Assembly (NCBI GenBank): GCA_021833245.1
Contig: JAKBGA010000001.1
Location: forward strand, 7,466-71,465
Length of the DNA stretch: 64,000 nt
Direction: 5' to 3'
From: a bacterium
GTDB lineage: Bacteria; Patescibacteriota; Minisyncoccia; Phycocordibacterales; Phycocordibacteraceae
Shown: positions 38,722-48,861 of the stretch, one piece after another
Layout: every line of letters starts with the position of its first letter
How positions within the stretch are numbered: the stretch's first letter is position 1
Notes under the pieces: model-generated
The model's database searches: none
Told to the model about the DNA's origin: nothing
What the model saw: only the letters and a program-made list of their open reading frames with translations
Made by a program: the position numbers and the translations under genes

Positions 38722-40629
38722 TTAGTCTATATGAATATCAATGCCTTCTGTTTCGTCGTAAACCGCAAGCGAACGGTCGAGGTCATCTAGGAAGGACGAG
38801 GGTTCGGCCGCAAAGTCGCTGCCGTATATCTTGCGTACGCGTGCAAGTGTGAGAAAGAGACGCTCTTTCGCGCGTGTCATCGCGACATAAAAAAGCCGTC
38901 TCTCCTCTTCCTTATCACGATTGTTATCGCCACCCATCCCTTGGTGCGGGAAAAGACCCTCCTCCATACCACTCACGAAGACTGTGTTGAACTCAAGTCC
39001 TTTTGCCGCATGAACAGTCATGAGTGTAATACCTGTTCCCTTGCCTTGATCCATCTCATCTTGATCGCTCGCGAGAGCCGCCTCGGCAAGGAAAGCAGCA
39101 ATACCTTCCCTACCGGGCAGCGTATCATGTCGTGCGGCGACTGACGCAAGCTCTTCAACGTTTTCGAACCGTTCGCGATTCTCTGTGCTCCCTTCATCGA
39201 AAAGCATCTTGCCCATGCCGCTCTTCTCAACGACGAGCTTCACGAATTCTGAGGGAATAAGCGAGAGCGCATCCCGTGAGAGCTCATTCACGATACGCTC
39301 GAACGTTTCGACTCTTGCAAGTTCTCCGGCACGGAGCACGGAACGCTGTCCCGCCGCAAGCTTGCCGAGCGTCACGCGGCCAATCCCACGCGAAGGGTTC
39401 GCAGCGGCACGCAGTTTGTCCGCTTCGCGCGATGGATCGAGCGCAAGCCGCACCCATGCGAGCGTATCCTTTACTTCCTTGCGCGCGAAGAAGCGTGTGC
39501 CGATCAACTTGTACGGCACACCAGCCTTAAGCAGACCTTCTTCAAGCGCGCGGGATTGAAAGTTAGTACGAAAGAGCACTGCGACTTCCTCGGAGAGGGT
39601 ACCGGTCTTCATTAACTCCCGTATTTTCAAAGCAATCCAGCGTGCTTCGTCTTCGGCAGAGCGCGCTAGATGGATGACGATGGGTTCGCCTGCGGCGTTC
39701 TTGGTCGTCGAAGATTTCTCTTTGCGATTTTTATTCTTTTCGATGACTGTGTTCGCCGCGTTTACCAGATTCCTCGTCGAACGATAATTCTGCGCAAGAA
39801 TAATCGTCTGTGCTCCTGGATATGTCTTATCGAACCCGAGGAGATTCTCAATTGTCGCGCCACGCCAGGTATAAATGGTTTGATCAATGTCTCCAACGAC
39901 GAAGATATTTTTGTGTTTCGCTACGAGCAGATTTGCGAGACGACCTTGAAGCGCGCTCGTGTCCTGATATTCGTCGATGTGCAAATAGCGCCAACGATCC
40001 TGTGCGAGGGATCGGACATTAGCATGTTCCTCAAGCAGACGAAGCGGGAGCGCAATGAGGTCATCGAAATCGAGTGCTTTCTCCGTTGCGAGCACCTTTT
40101 CATACTGGAGCCATGTCTCTGCAACAACGCGCGAACCAAAACTACCGTGCGCATACTTCTCATAGAATTCGCTCATGCGCATCCCTTCCCCTTTTGCCCG
40201 TGAAATGCGGCCGAGCACTGAGCGCGGCGAGAGTTCCTTCGTCCCAATATCGAGCGCCTTGAGCACGGCAGTTATTGCTTTTTCTGAATCATCGCGATCG
40301 AACACCCTGAAGAAACGCGGAATACCGATGACCTTGCCATGACTCTCCAGTAATTCTCGGCCGAGACCATGGAAGGTTGCGATAAACGGCACAGCACGAT
40401 CATCACCGAGCATCGCGCGGATCCTGTTTCGCATCTCGCGGGCAGCCTTATTGGTGAATGTGACGGCGAGAATTTGGTCAGCTGGAACACCCTCACAGAT
40501 AAGATGGTATATACGCGTTATGAGTACGCGTGTTTTACCACTACCAGCACCTGCAAGAACCGAGATGGGGCCATCCAGAGCGAGTACTGCCCGCTTTTGT
40601 TCTTCATTCAATCCTTCAAGATAGTTCAT
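38722..40629 (-). CDS. UvrD/PcrA-family ATP-dependent DNA helicase
   Basis: LNEEQKRAVLALDGPISVLAGAGSGKTRVL (Walker A), DEYQDT and the helicase IV-VI motifs are present. The start was refined to the Met at codon 12. Confidence 0.9.
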   Translation of the reverse strand: MNYLEGLNEEQKRAVLALDGPISVLAGAGSGKTRVLITRIYHLICEGVPADQILAVTFTNKAAREMRNRIRAMLGDDRAVPFIATFHGLGRELLESHGKVIGIPRFFRVFDRDDSEKAITAVLKALDIGTKELSPRSVLGRISRAKGEGMRMSEFYEKYAHGSFGSRVVAETWLQYEKVLATEKALDFDDLIALPLRLLEEHANVRSLAQDRWRYLHIDEYQDTSALQGRLANLLVAKHKNIFVVGDIDQTIYTWRGATIENLLGFDKTYPGAQTIILAQNYRSTRNLVNAANTVIEKNKNRKEKSSTTKNAAGEPIVIHLARSAEDEARWIALKIRELMKTGTLSEEVAVLFRTNFQSRALEEGLLKAGVPYKLIGTRFFARKEVKDTLAWVRLALDPSREADKLRAAANPSRGIGRVTLGKLAAGQRSVLRAGELARVETFERIVNELSRDALSLIPSEFVKLVVEKSGMGKMLFDEGSTENRERFENVEELASVAARHDTLPGREGIAAFLAEAALASDQDEMDQGKGTGITLMTVHAAKGLEFNTVFVSGMEEGLFPHQGMGGDNNRDKEEERRLFYVAMTRAKERLFLTLARVRKIYGSDFAAEPSSFLDDLDRSLAVYDETEGIDIHID

Positions 40630-40805
40630 CGTTCGAAATATAACGCACAAATCGTTCTCCACAGCTATCGACCGAGGCGGTTGACTGTTGACCTTTTTCA
40701 GCTACACTATAACTTGTAGCTGATTAAGGATGTATTCAAGAAATGGCTTATGTACATTGTATGTAGGCCATTTTTGTATGCGAAAGACTCACCAGATTCC
40801 CTTGT

Positions 40806-41900
40806 TTGTCTATTAAACTCAACCAACAATTTCTTATAATAGGGCTTGCTATTATTGCAGGAAGTGCGGTCATAGTAAGCGCCACAACATTCCTACCAAA
40901 TCGCGCATTCGCCTTTTGGCCGTTTTCTACAAACAATACAAATACCACGGATAGTACGATTATTCCAAGCGCTTCAACGCCTGCACTCATTGCGCCTGTA
41001 AACGAGAATCCGAATATAGAGACACCGCTTACGCTTGCTACTTCGGATGGTTCAGCGCTTGTTTCCTATACTGGAATAAGCGGAACAATTGCTGACATTT
41101 CAAATGTCACTCCCCCAGATCGAATTTCACTTTATGTTGTGCGTCCAGGTGATACGCTCTCGACGATTGCCAAAATGTTTGATGTTTCGGTTAATACTAT
41201 CGTCTGGGCAAACAACCTTCCGAGTACACGTGACATACAGCCTGGCAATACACTGCTCATCCTGCCGATTTCCGGAATCCAACACACGGTCACAAAAGGA
41301 GAAACACTCAAGTCGATTGCAGAAAAATATAGCGCTAATGCAAATGAGATAGCGCAATTTAATGGACTTGATTCATCCGTAGCTCTCACTGTTGGTTCGA
41401 CGGTAATTATCCCGGGTGGTGAATTCTCTCCATCGGGGATAGGGACATCTATACGTAAAAATGGTAAGTACCGAGTTGGTCCTGAGCCATATCTCGGGGG
41501 TAGTGGCCCCGCACAATCTGGTTATTACAGCAATCCGATGCCTGGCGGTATCATAACTCAAGGCATCCATGGTTGGAATGCCGTTGACATCGGTGCGCCA
41601 CTCGGCACACCAATCCATGCTGCCGCAAATGGTATAGTCATCGTGTCACGCGATAATGGCAGTTGGAATGGCGGTTACGGTAATTATGTCGTTATCACGC
41701 ATGATAATGGAACACAAACGCTGTATGCACACATGAAACGTTCTGCTGTTTCCGTGGGTCAATCCGTCTCATCGGGTCAGATCATTGGTTACGTTGGTAT
41801 GACGGGTCTTACGACCGGGCCACACGTCCACTTTGAGGTTCGTGGTGCAGCGAACCCATTTCGTAATTGCACAGTTGGCACTATTTGCGAACCGCAGTAG
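40806..41900 (+). CDS. LysM (x2) + M23 family murein endopeptidase
   Basis: Two LysM repeats (YVVRPGDTLSTIAKMF, HTVTKGETLKSIAEKY) and the M23 catalytic motifs (HGWNAVDIGAPLGTPI, HAHM, GPHVHFEV). Confidence 0.85.
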   Translation: MSIKLNQQFLIIGLAIIAGSAVIVSATTFLPNRAFAFWPFSTNNTNTTDSTIIPSASTPALIAPVNENPNIETPLTLATSDGSALVSYTGISGTIADISNVTPPDRISLYVVRPGDTLSTIAKMFDVSVNTIVWANNLPSTRDIQPGNTLLILPISGIQHTVTKGETLKSIAEKYSANANEIAQFNGLDSSVALTVGSTVIIPGGEFSPSGIGTSIRKNGKYRVGPEPYLGGSGPAQSGYYSNPMPGGIITQGIHGWNAVDIGAPLGTPIHAAANGIVIVSRDNGSWNGGYGNYVVITHDNGTQTLYAHMKRSAVSVGQSVSSGQIIGYVGMTGLTTGPHVHFEVRGAANPFRNCTVGTICEPQ

Positions 41901-42045
41901 CAGTTCCTGCTGTATAACCTGAATTACTTGAGCTCCTTTAGTAGAAGTACGAAGCTTCGTATATTTCACATGCGCCTATCTATCTTCCTTGTTCAATAGT
42001 TCAGACTTTGAAGTTTCCTACTTCAAAGTAAATCCTGAGACAGAA

Positions 42046-42393
42046 TTACAGGTGTTTAACACAAGTCGTGGCGGCGGGGTCAGCTTCAAGTCGTTTCTCT
42101 TCTATTTTGTCGCCACAAATTTCGCATTTCCCATATATTTTCTTTTCTATTCTTGAGAGCGCCGAAAGCACGATATCATAACGCGTCTCTAGATCCATAA
42201 GAATCGCGGCATTCCCTTCATGACTCATAACTACTTCTGCTTGATCAACAAGATCCGCTTCAGTTCCAATTTCCGTCGGAACAGGCTCCCAATCGTCTGG
42301 AACATGAGGATTCCTACGGCCAATACCTCCCATCTCCAATTCGAGTCGAATCTTTTCCGTTTCAAGTTTTTTTCTAAAATATTCAGTCTTCAT
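42046..42393 (-). CDS. DksA/TraR-family C4 zinc-finger protein
   Basis: C-terminal CEICGDKIEEKRLEADPAATTCVKH zinc finger with an N-terminal coiled coil. Confidence 0.7.
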   Translation of the reverse strand: MKTEYFRKKLETEKIRLELEMGGIGRRNPHVPDDWEPVPTEIGTEADLVDQAEVVMSHEGNAAILMDLETRYDIVLSALSRIEKKIYGKCEICGDKIEEKRLEADPAATTCVKHL

Positions 42394-42454
42394 ATTCGAA
42401 TGATAGCAAATGCTATTACAATAGATTTGGGGAGATTTTAAATTCTCCTACTTT

Positions 42455-43813
42455 TTAAGTACGTGAGGTTGCAAGTCGTTGCAGTATCTCAGTAAATGCC
42501 GCTGGATCGCGAGCTATAATGAGTGTTTTCTGATCCCAATAACCGTAAAGAAGAATGCTTTTCCCTGTAGAATCACGGTAGACACGCACATCATGATTAG
42601 CGATGGTTTCATCCGAAAAGACAGTTGAAGAAAGCGTTGGCGAAATCGCTGTTGTCGTTGTTGTGGCAAGAAACATGTTAATTTCTGCGAGGGTTTTTGG
42701 CCCGACCGAGCCATATCCCGTGGTAAAAGGTGAGCCGAAAGAAATTATGCTATGGGCAGACTGAAATGCCTCTACTGCTTTTTCAGTAAGTGGGCCATAA
42801 AAGCCGGTGGGAGGAACGGAAAGTAGGCCGTTATCTGCAAATGCCTGCTGGAGCAGCCTTACCTCTTCACCATGCTCTCCGAGGAAAAGGGTGGTGGTTA
42901 AAATGGGGATTGAGGTCACGGTTGAAGTTGCCGTTGGGTACGGTGGGAAAAGTAATCCGAGGTCACTACGTATGCTAGACTCCCACGAAAGCATTCCAGA
43001 AAATGTGTCGCGATATGATAGGACAGAGAGTATGAAAAATGGACTCTGTTTACCACCCACATTTATGACACCCGCCATGCTGCCAGCGGCCTGTATGTTA
43101 CGCAGCAAAATATCAGGTGCTGGCACGTTGAGTGCGGAAAAAATGCTCTCGGTATTGTCGGTCGAGCTCGCTGTATAGAGAAGTCGCACGGCACCTTGCG
43201 CAAGAGGGCGGTTAACTGACTCTTCAATCGCTTGCATAAGAATCGGGCCTGTGCCCGATATTTGTTCGCGATCGTCAACGAATATCGGAGCCGATGCACT
43301 TGGTATGAGCACTACGGGGGCCGTGATTTTCATATAGTGCATGTATGCGACATATGCACCACCCATACCGGCAATTAAGAGCAGCGTTCCTGCAATAATA
43401 TATAGAAGATTATTGTGCGAAGATTTTTGTGGGGTTGTTTGAGAAGCTACCTGCAGTGAGTCTTGTTCAGCTGCGAGAACGGTCGCCATTGAGGCGTGAG
43501 TTTCTTTCATTCGGTTGGAAAAGTCACTCGCGTATGTCTCAATTGAGGTCGATCGCACTGGCTCTGGTGATTTGATTGGCGGCGGCTCTAGTTTCTGGAC
43601 TGGGGGTGGTGGAGGTGGGGGTGGGGGTGGAAGAGATTTAACCTTTTCTAAGTCTAAGGCTGGCGTTACTTTTGTGGTGTTAATGGTTATTGGACTTTTC
43701 GCGAATGGCGTAAGGTCAGGGACGCCACCCTTTTTAAGAGTGGCCATATCGCTCTCAAGTGTGCGAATATATTTTTTAGGCGCGCCTTTCCCAAAAGGAA
43801 TATTTGTATCCAT
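42455..43813 (-). CDS. membrane protein with poly-Pro linker and C-terminal peptidoglycan-binding domain
   Basis: Cytoplasmic N-terminus, a P11 tract, a TM helix, and an extracellular domain containing GEHGEEVRLLQQAFADNGLLSVPPTGFYGPLTEKAVEAFQ (PG_binding_1). Confidence 0.55.
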   Translation of the reverse strand: MDTNIPFGKGAPKKYIRTLESDMATLKKGGVPDLTPFAKSPITINTTKVTPALDLEKVKSLPPPPPPPPPPVQKLEPPPIKSPEPVRSTSIETYASDFSNRMKETHASMATVLAAEQDSLQVASQTTPQKSSHNNLLYIIAGTLLLIAGMGGAYVAYMHYMKITAPVVLIPSASAPIFVDDREQISGTGPILMQAIEESVNRPLAQGAVRLLYTASSTDNTESIFSALNVPAPDILLRNIQAAGSMAGVINVGGKQSPFFILSVLSYRDTFSGMLSWESSIRSDLGLLFPPYPTATSTVTSIPILTTTLFLGEHGEEVRLLQQAFADNGLLSVPPTGFYGPLTEKAVEAFQSAHSIISFGSPFTTGYGSVGPKTLAEINMFLATTTTTAISPTLSSTVFSDETIANHDVRVYRDSTGKSILLYGYWDQKTLIIARDPAAFTEILQRLATSRT

Positions 43814-43900
43814 TGCTTCTTAATAATAACGTACTCGGAACAGCGAATAGTGAGTTATCCCTAGTAAATAACATCGACAGAATCAAACACTCTAATGAAT

Positions 43901-44416
43901 TTAACTTCGTGAAGAGATTATAAATTTATGTGGGTCGTCACACATGTCGGTAAACGCGTGTGTCGCCTCCTTAAGCTTGCTCGAGGAAGACTTCCCGAAG
44001 GAAATTACCTCTACCTGACAACCCTCGTTCATATCAAGATATTGTATGAGCGGAACAAAATCCCCATCACCTGTGACTAGAACAACGGTATCGAGCTTTG
44101 GGGCGAGTTTGACTGCGTCAATCGCTAGGCCAACGTCCCAGTCTGCTTTTTTCGCGCCATCTGCAAATACTTGAAGATCTTTTACTTTCGTTTCTATGCC
44201 AATTTTAGTAAGTGCTTCAAAAAAATTTTTCTCATCTCCACTTTCTGTCTTAATTACATAAGCAATGGCACGCACAAGGATACGTCCACCTACAGCCTCT
44301 TCGAGAATTTTCCCGAAATTGACACGCGCCTTGTAAAGATGTTTTGCACTGTGGTAAAGATTTTGCGTATCAATAAATACTCCTACGCGCTGTGCTGGAT
44401 GTTTAATAACTGTCAT
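43901..44416 (-). CDS. NYN/LabA-like (PIN-related) domain protein
   Basis: VGVFIDTQNLYHSAKH...VVLVTGDGDFVPLI is the NYN signature. Confidence 0.7.
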   Translation of the reverse strand: MTVIKHPAQRVGVFIDTQNLYHSAKHLYKARVNFGKILEEAVGGRILVRAIAYVIKTESGDEKNFFEALTKIGIETKVKDLQVFADGAKKADWDVGLAIDAVKLAPKLDTVVLVTGDGDFVPLIQYLDMNEGCQVEVISFGKSSSSKLKEATHAFTDMCDDPHKFIISSRS

Positions 44417-44491
44417 AAAAGTGCTTATGTAAATAAATAAGATAATAAAAGTAACAAAACGCTACTTTCCCATTCTACCAGAATAAAGGTG

Positions 44492-44758
44492 TTATTTCTT
44501 TAACCCGAGTTTTTTGATAAGCGCATTGTAGCGACGCTTATTGTTCGTTTCAAGATAGTGCAAGTGATTACGACGATCGGCAACCATCTGAAGAAGACCT
44601 CGGCGAGAATGAAAGTCCTTTGGATTCTTCTTAAGATGCTTTGCAAGCTCGTCAATTTGCTTTGAAAGAAGTGCGACTTGCACGTCCGGTGAGCCAGTGT
44701 CAGCATCATGTCGCGCAGTACTTTTTATAACCGCTGCCTTTTTCTTAGCCGTAAGCAT
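44492..44758 (-). CDS. rpsO: 30S ribosomal protein S15
   Basis: DTGSPDVQVALLSKQIDELAKHLKKNPKDFHSRRGLLQMVADRR is an S15 sequence. Confidence 0.9.
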   Translation of the reverse strand: MLTAKKKAAVIKSTARHDADTGSPDVQVALLSKQIDELAKHLKKNPKDFHSRRGLLQMVADRRNHLHYLETNNKRRYNALIKKLGLKK

Positions 44759-44855
44759 GGATAAGAGCTATCTTACCACGCCTTCCCCGTCTACGCAAGT
44801 TTTCTTGTGAATTTATCACGATTTCGCACAATATTAGTGGTACTATATTCTCGGT

Positions 44856-45776
44856 ATGCCTATTGAGATAGTAAAGCGGCAATTCCTTGAGTACCTCGAG
44901 ATCGAACGTGGCCGAGCGGTGAAAACCATTGAAAATTATAATCACTATCTCACTCGCTATTTCATCCAAATGAACATCGTGAACGTGAGGGATATCAACG
45001 AAAAGAGTGTGCGCGAATTTCGCTTGTGGTTGAACCGCCAACCGGGCACTAACACTGCCCTAATGAAACGTCGTACTCAGAATTACTATATGATTGCGCT
45101 ACGTGCATTTTTAAAGTTCTTACACAAACGTGATATACCAGCCATTTCCCCGGAAAAGATTGAGCTTGCAAAACTTTCAGAACGTCAACTCGATCTTATC
45201 ACCCCTGTCGAATTGGAACGCCTCATGCAAGCACCACGTGAGGCATTTAAAAATGAGAAGAATCGGGATAAAGCGCGAACTTACTTGCGAGATGGCGCGA
45301 TTCTTGAACTTCTATTCTCAACTGGACTACGTGTGTCCGAGCTCTGTTCGCTTAACACTGATATAGATTTAACACGTGACGAATTATCTATACGTGGCAA
45401 GGGTGATAAAGTTCGCGTTGTTTTTCTCTCGTCTGCCGCAAAAAGTGCGGTACGTGAATACCTGGGAGCGCGGAATGATATGGAAGAGGCGCTCTTCGTC
45501 GAAGGTAGACCGAATAAACTGCACCGAATTATTCCACGCGATGTGCAACGCCACCTTAAATCCTATGTTGCTCGTGCAGGTATCACGAGTGTCGTAACTC
45601 CACACACACTCCGCCATGCTTTCGCCACAGATTTGCTCAGTAATGGTGCTGACATTCGATCAGTGCAACAGCTTCTCGGCCATGCCTCTATTAACACGAC
45701 TCAGATTTATACACATATAACCGATGCTCACTTGCGCGAGATTCACAAAAAATATCATTCCCATAATCGTGATTAA
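44856..45776 (+). CDS. tyrosine recombinase XerC/XerD family
   Basis: HTLRHAFATDLLSNGADIRSVQQLLGHASINTTQIYTHI (R-H-R-Y catalytic region) and an N-terminal SAM-like core-binding domain. Confidence 0.85.
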   Translation: MPIEIVKRQFLEYLEIERGRAVKTIENYNHYLTRYFIQMNIVNVRDINEKSVREFRLWLNRQPGTNTALMKRRTQNYYMIALRAFLKFLHKRDIPAISPEKIELAKLSERQLDLITPVELERLMQAPREAFKNEKNRDKARTYLRDGAILELLFSTGLRVSELCSLNTDIDLTRDELSIRGKGDKVRVVFLSSAAKSAVREYLGARNDMEEALFVEGRPNKLHRIIPRDVQRHLKSYVARAGITSVVTPHTLRHAFATDLLSNGADIRSVQQLLGHASINTTQIYTHITDAHLREIHKKYHSHNRD

Positions 45777-45927
45777 TCTGAAGCGTTTTGTTCACCCCAA
45801 TAATCTTCAGATTTACCAACGTTCTCGATATCATCCCCGCATGAATGGTTAGCTCGGGTATTCCCTCATACTCATATTACGTTAGCTTGTGATAGGGTTG
45901 TTAATTTTGTACGGTACAATGTATTAC

Positions 45928-46692
45928 ATGCATATAGTCTCGTGGAATGTGAATGGACTGCGTTCGCTCACGAAAAATGATTATTGGGGGTCTTTTTTAA
46001 AAGGTGTAAAACCTGATATTTTTTGCCTTCAAGAAACAAAGGCAAGTCCAGAACAAGTGCCTGAAGTAATGCTTTCCCCTGCCGGATTTTCATCATTTTT
46101 CTCATCATCACGAGTTAGGAAAGGTTATAGCGGCGTTGCGATTTATTCAAAAATCGAACCTTTATCCATTATCTACGGCATGGGAATAAAAGAATTCGAT
46201 GAGGAAGGCCGTCTTGTCGGGACCGAATATAAAGATTTCTGGCTCTTGAATGCGTATTTCCCTAATGGCGGCCGTGGTCCTGAACGAATTAATTATAAGT
46301 TACGTTTTTATGATGCGTTCCTTGCGTTCGCGGAAAAATTGCGTAAGCGGAAACCGATCATATTCTGTGGCGACGTAAATACCGCGCATGAAGAATTGGA
46401 TCTCGCACGGCCAATGGAAAACAAAAATAATACTGGCTTTTTATCAGAGGAACGCGCATGGATAGACGAAGTTATAAACGCCGGTTATATCGATTCATTC
46501 CGTCATTTTCATCCCCGTACAAAGGGGGCTTATACTTATTGGGATTTGTTCACTCGTGCACGTGATAGAAATATCGGGTGGCGTCTTGATTATTTTTTTG
46601 TTTCGAATGAGCTCATAAAACGAATTAAGCGAGCGGGAATCTATGCCGACGTTTATGGCTCCGATCACTGCCCTATCTCAATAACATTATAA
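45928..46692 (+). CDS. xth: exodeoxyribonuclease III (AP endonuclease)
   Basis: HIVSWNVNGLRS, CLQETK and the C-terminal GSDHCPI are Xth motifs. The start was refined to the Met at codon 14. Confidence 0.85.
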   Translation: MHIVSWNVNGLRSLTKNDYWGSFLKGVKPDIFCLQETKASPEQVPEVMLSPAGFSSFFSSSRVRKGYSGVAIYSKIEPLSIIYGMGIKEFDEEGRLVGTEYKDFWLLNAYFPNGGRGPERINYKLRFYDAFLAFAEKLRKRKPIIFCGDVNTAHEELDLARPMENKNNTGFLSEERAWIDEVINAGYIDSFRHFHPRTKGAYTYWDLFTRARDRNIGWRLDYFFVSNELIKRIKRAGIYADVYGSDHCPISITL

Positions 46693-46999
46693 AGGACACT
46701 TATCCACAAGCATGTCCTTTACATTTATATTTGCAAGGATATATTTATTAAAGAGCGGTAGTTCTTTCTTGGATCATTATCGGCATCAGAAATAGCGCAA
46801 AACCTTGAGGCTCCTGCTTTCGCAAGCGGCGATCCGCTACACAAGCCATAATGGCATGATTCCTTACATGGTTGAAGCGCTGGAAGAATACAAAACAAAA
46901 GCCACACCAAAACTCGGATTGAGACCCAATCATTTACGCCCCACAACTCCTATTTGTCTCAATCCATCATCGGGTGGCTTTGTTGTTTATGTAATAAAC

Positions 47000-47025
47000 G
47001 TTACACGTGTAACGTTTATAAATGC
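47000..47025. repeat. 24-bp perfect palindrome TAAACGTTACAC/GTGTAACGTTTA immediately downstream of cca
   Basis: Read directly from the sequence. It is a hairpin terminator candidate or a protein-binding site, and it lies between the convergent xth and cca genes. Confidence 0.5.
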
Positions 47026-47045
47026 CTTTTCATTAAAATAATACC

Positions 47046-48509
47046 TCAACACACGTGATGTTTCTCCATTATGTGCTTTATTTCCTCATCTTCTGCTGCT
47101 TCACGACGCCGTTTCCCAGCCTCTCCGAGCTTCTGCAAAGAATTATCAGACATGTTGAAAATCTCATCAGCTCGTTTATCAAGATATTCCAGTGTGTTGA
47201 GACTTGAATTATCAAGAACTTCTTCAAGAAGTGCATTGAGTATGTGGCCTATTTTTGGCCCTGATTTCACGTGAAACTTTTCCATTATATAGTTGCCATC
47301 GATTTTAAGCATTGTCACGGATATGGGATCACGGAGTGCCTGATCAACCATTGCCTTATATTTTCTGAAACGAAATGGCTGTTCTTTCGGCCTCCCTGTA
47401 CCGATTCGATCACAAATACGTAAGTTGAGCAGATCCCATATGTTATCCTTACCTACATTCTTTATCATACGACGAACGGCCGAAAGAGTAATCTGATCTG
47501 GATCCGAAAAAAACATATGCCAACGAACCAATTTTACAACTTTTTCTATTGTTTCCCGTGAAAAATGTAGATTCTCAAGCGCTTTTTTTGTTACACGTGA
47601 ACCAACAACATCATGGCCATGGAATGTCCAATCCTTTTTTTCATCTGACCAACGACGGGTCTCTGGCTTTGAAACATCGTGGAATAGACCTGCGAGGCGT
47701 ATATCAAAATTATAATTTTTATCTGCTGCATGTTGCACGGTGCGCATGAGATGGCCAAAAACATCGAAACTATGGGCCTGATTTTGTTTAACGCCAATGC
47801 CACGTGTTAGATCTGATGAGATAAATTCTAGGATACCAAGTTGTTGCGCTAGAATAAATGCATGCATTGGTTGATTTGATTTGAGTATTCTAACAAGCTC
47901 ATCACGAATTCTTTCACGTGAAACATTGTTTAAATGTTTACTATTTTTACTAATCGCTTCAGCAGTCTCACCATCTATACCGAAATCAAGTTCGGCAACT
48001 AGCCGTACTGCGCGTAACATACGCAATGCGTCTTCATTTAAACGTTCGTAGGCATTACCGACAGACCGTATTATTTTGTCTTTTATATCATTTTTACCGT
48101 TGAAAGGGTCAATGATATGTCCTTTAAAATCATCGAGTGCTATGGCATTAATCGTAAAATCGCGACGTGCAAGATCCTCCAGAAGCGAAACCCCGAACTC
48201 AACCTTATCTGGCCGACGTTTATCTGAATACCCAGATTCAATACGATAAGGGGTTATTTCAATAATATCGAGACATGTATTTTTTGAGTTAGTTTTTACA
48301 CCAACAGTACCAAAATTATTTTCATAAAATGACTCCGGAAATAGCGCCTGGATCTGCTCCGGTGTAGCGTTAGTAGTAATATCCCAATCTTTTGGTTCTC
48401 TTCCGATCATTAGATCGCGAACGCATCCACCAACGAGATACGCTTCGAATTTAGATTCACGTAACCTGCCTGAAACTATTGAGACCTCGACCGGGATGTT
48501 GTACGGCAT
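47046..48509 (-). CDS. cca: CCA-adding tRNA nucleotidyltransferase (PolyA polymerase head + HD domain)
   Basis: GGCVRDLMIGREPKDWDITT is the NT-transferase motif, and an HD domain (HFDVFGH...FHDVSKP) follows. The start likely lies at codon 54 of the 540-aa ORF. Confidence 0.8.
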   Translation of the reverse strand: MPYNIPVEVSIVSGRLRESKFEAYLVGGCVRDLMIGREPKDWDITTNATPEQIQALFPESFYENNFGTVGVKTNSKNTCLDIIEITPYRIESGYSDKRRPDKVEFGVSLLEDLARRDFTINAIALDDFKGHIIDPFNGKNDIKDKIIRSVGNAYERLNEDALRMLRAVRLVAELDFGIDGETAEAISKNSKHLNNVSRERIRDELVRILKSNQPMHAFILAQQLGILEFISSDLTRGIGVKQNQAHSFDVFGHLMRTVQHAADKNYNFDIRLAGLFHDVSKPETRRWSDEKKDWTFHGHDVVGSRVTKKALENLHFSRETIEKVVKLVRWHMFFSDPDQITLSAVRRMIKNVGKDNIWDLLNLRICDRIGTGRPKEQPFRFRKYKAMVDQALRDPISVTMLKIDGNYIMEKFHVKSGPKIGHILNALLEEVLDNSSLNTLEYLDKRADEIFNMSDNSLQKLGEAGKRRREAAEDEEIKHIMEKHHVC

Positions 48510-48687
48510 GGACGAATCAATCGTAGCACAATGTGGATGGTTTTTTAGCGATTGTGCCGTAATATGCATATACGCCCCGATAGTGAAACGGATATCACGC
48601 GACGCTTCGGACGTCGAATTCTGGGTTCGACTCCTGGTCGGGGCACTAGAAATCTTGATAAGTGCCATGCTATCATGCTGCGGAGAC

Positions 48688-48758
48688 GCGGGTATGGTTC
48701 AATGGTAGAACATCTGGTTGCCAATCAGATGATGGGAGTTCGATTCTCCCTACCCGCA
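48688..48758 (+). tRNA. tRNA-Gly (GCC)
   Basis: The cloverleaf was read directly. GCGGGTA forms the acceptor, T-arm GGGAGTTCGATTCTCCC, anticodon stem TCTGG/TCAGA, loop TTGCCAA. Length 71 nt, and CCA is not encoded. Confidence 0.85.
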
Positions 48759-48827
48759 CAGCAGTCAGCAGCCTATTTTCAGACCGCGAGGTCTCTATTT
48801 CAGTTCGCAACCGCGAGGGTCACTTGC

Positions 48828-48861
48828 ACACAAAAGCGCGATATTCGTCGCGCTTTTGTGT
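48828..48861. other. 14-bp perfect stem-loop downstream of tRNA-Gly(GCC)
   Basis: ACACAAAAGCGCGA-tattcg-TCGCGCTTTTGTGT. It is preceded by two copies of ACCGCGAGG within about 60 nt. No U-tract follows. Confidence 0.45.

Noticed and set aside
43560-43640. GGTGG/GGGGG-rich run resembling a simple repeat
   Set aside because: It encodes the P11 poly-proline linker of the 42455-43813 protein on the minus strand, so it is a coding low-complexity tract and not a repeat element.
44856-48758. Xer recombinase plus tRNA-Gly as an integrase/attachment-site pair of an integrated element
   Set aside because: The intervening genes are housekeeping (xth, cca). The recombinase looks like a chromosomal XerC/D rather than a phage integrase, and it is about 3 kb from the tRNA on the other side of the islet.
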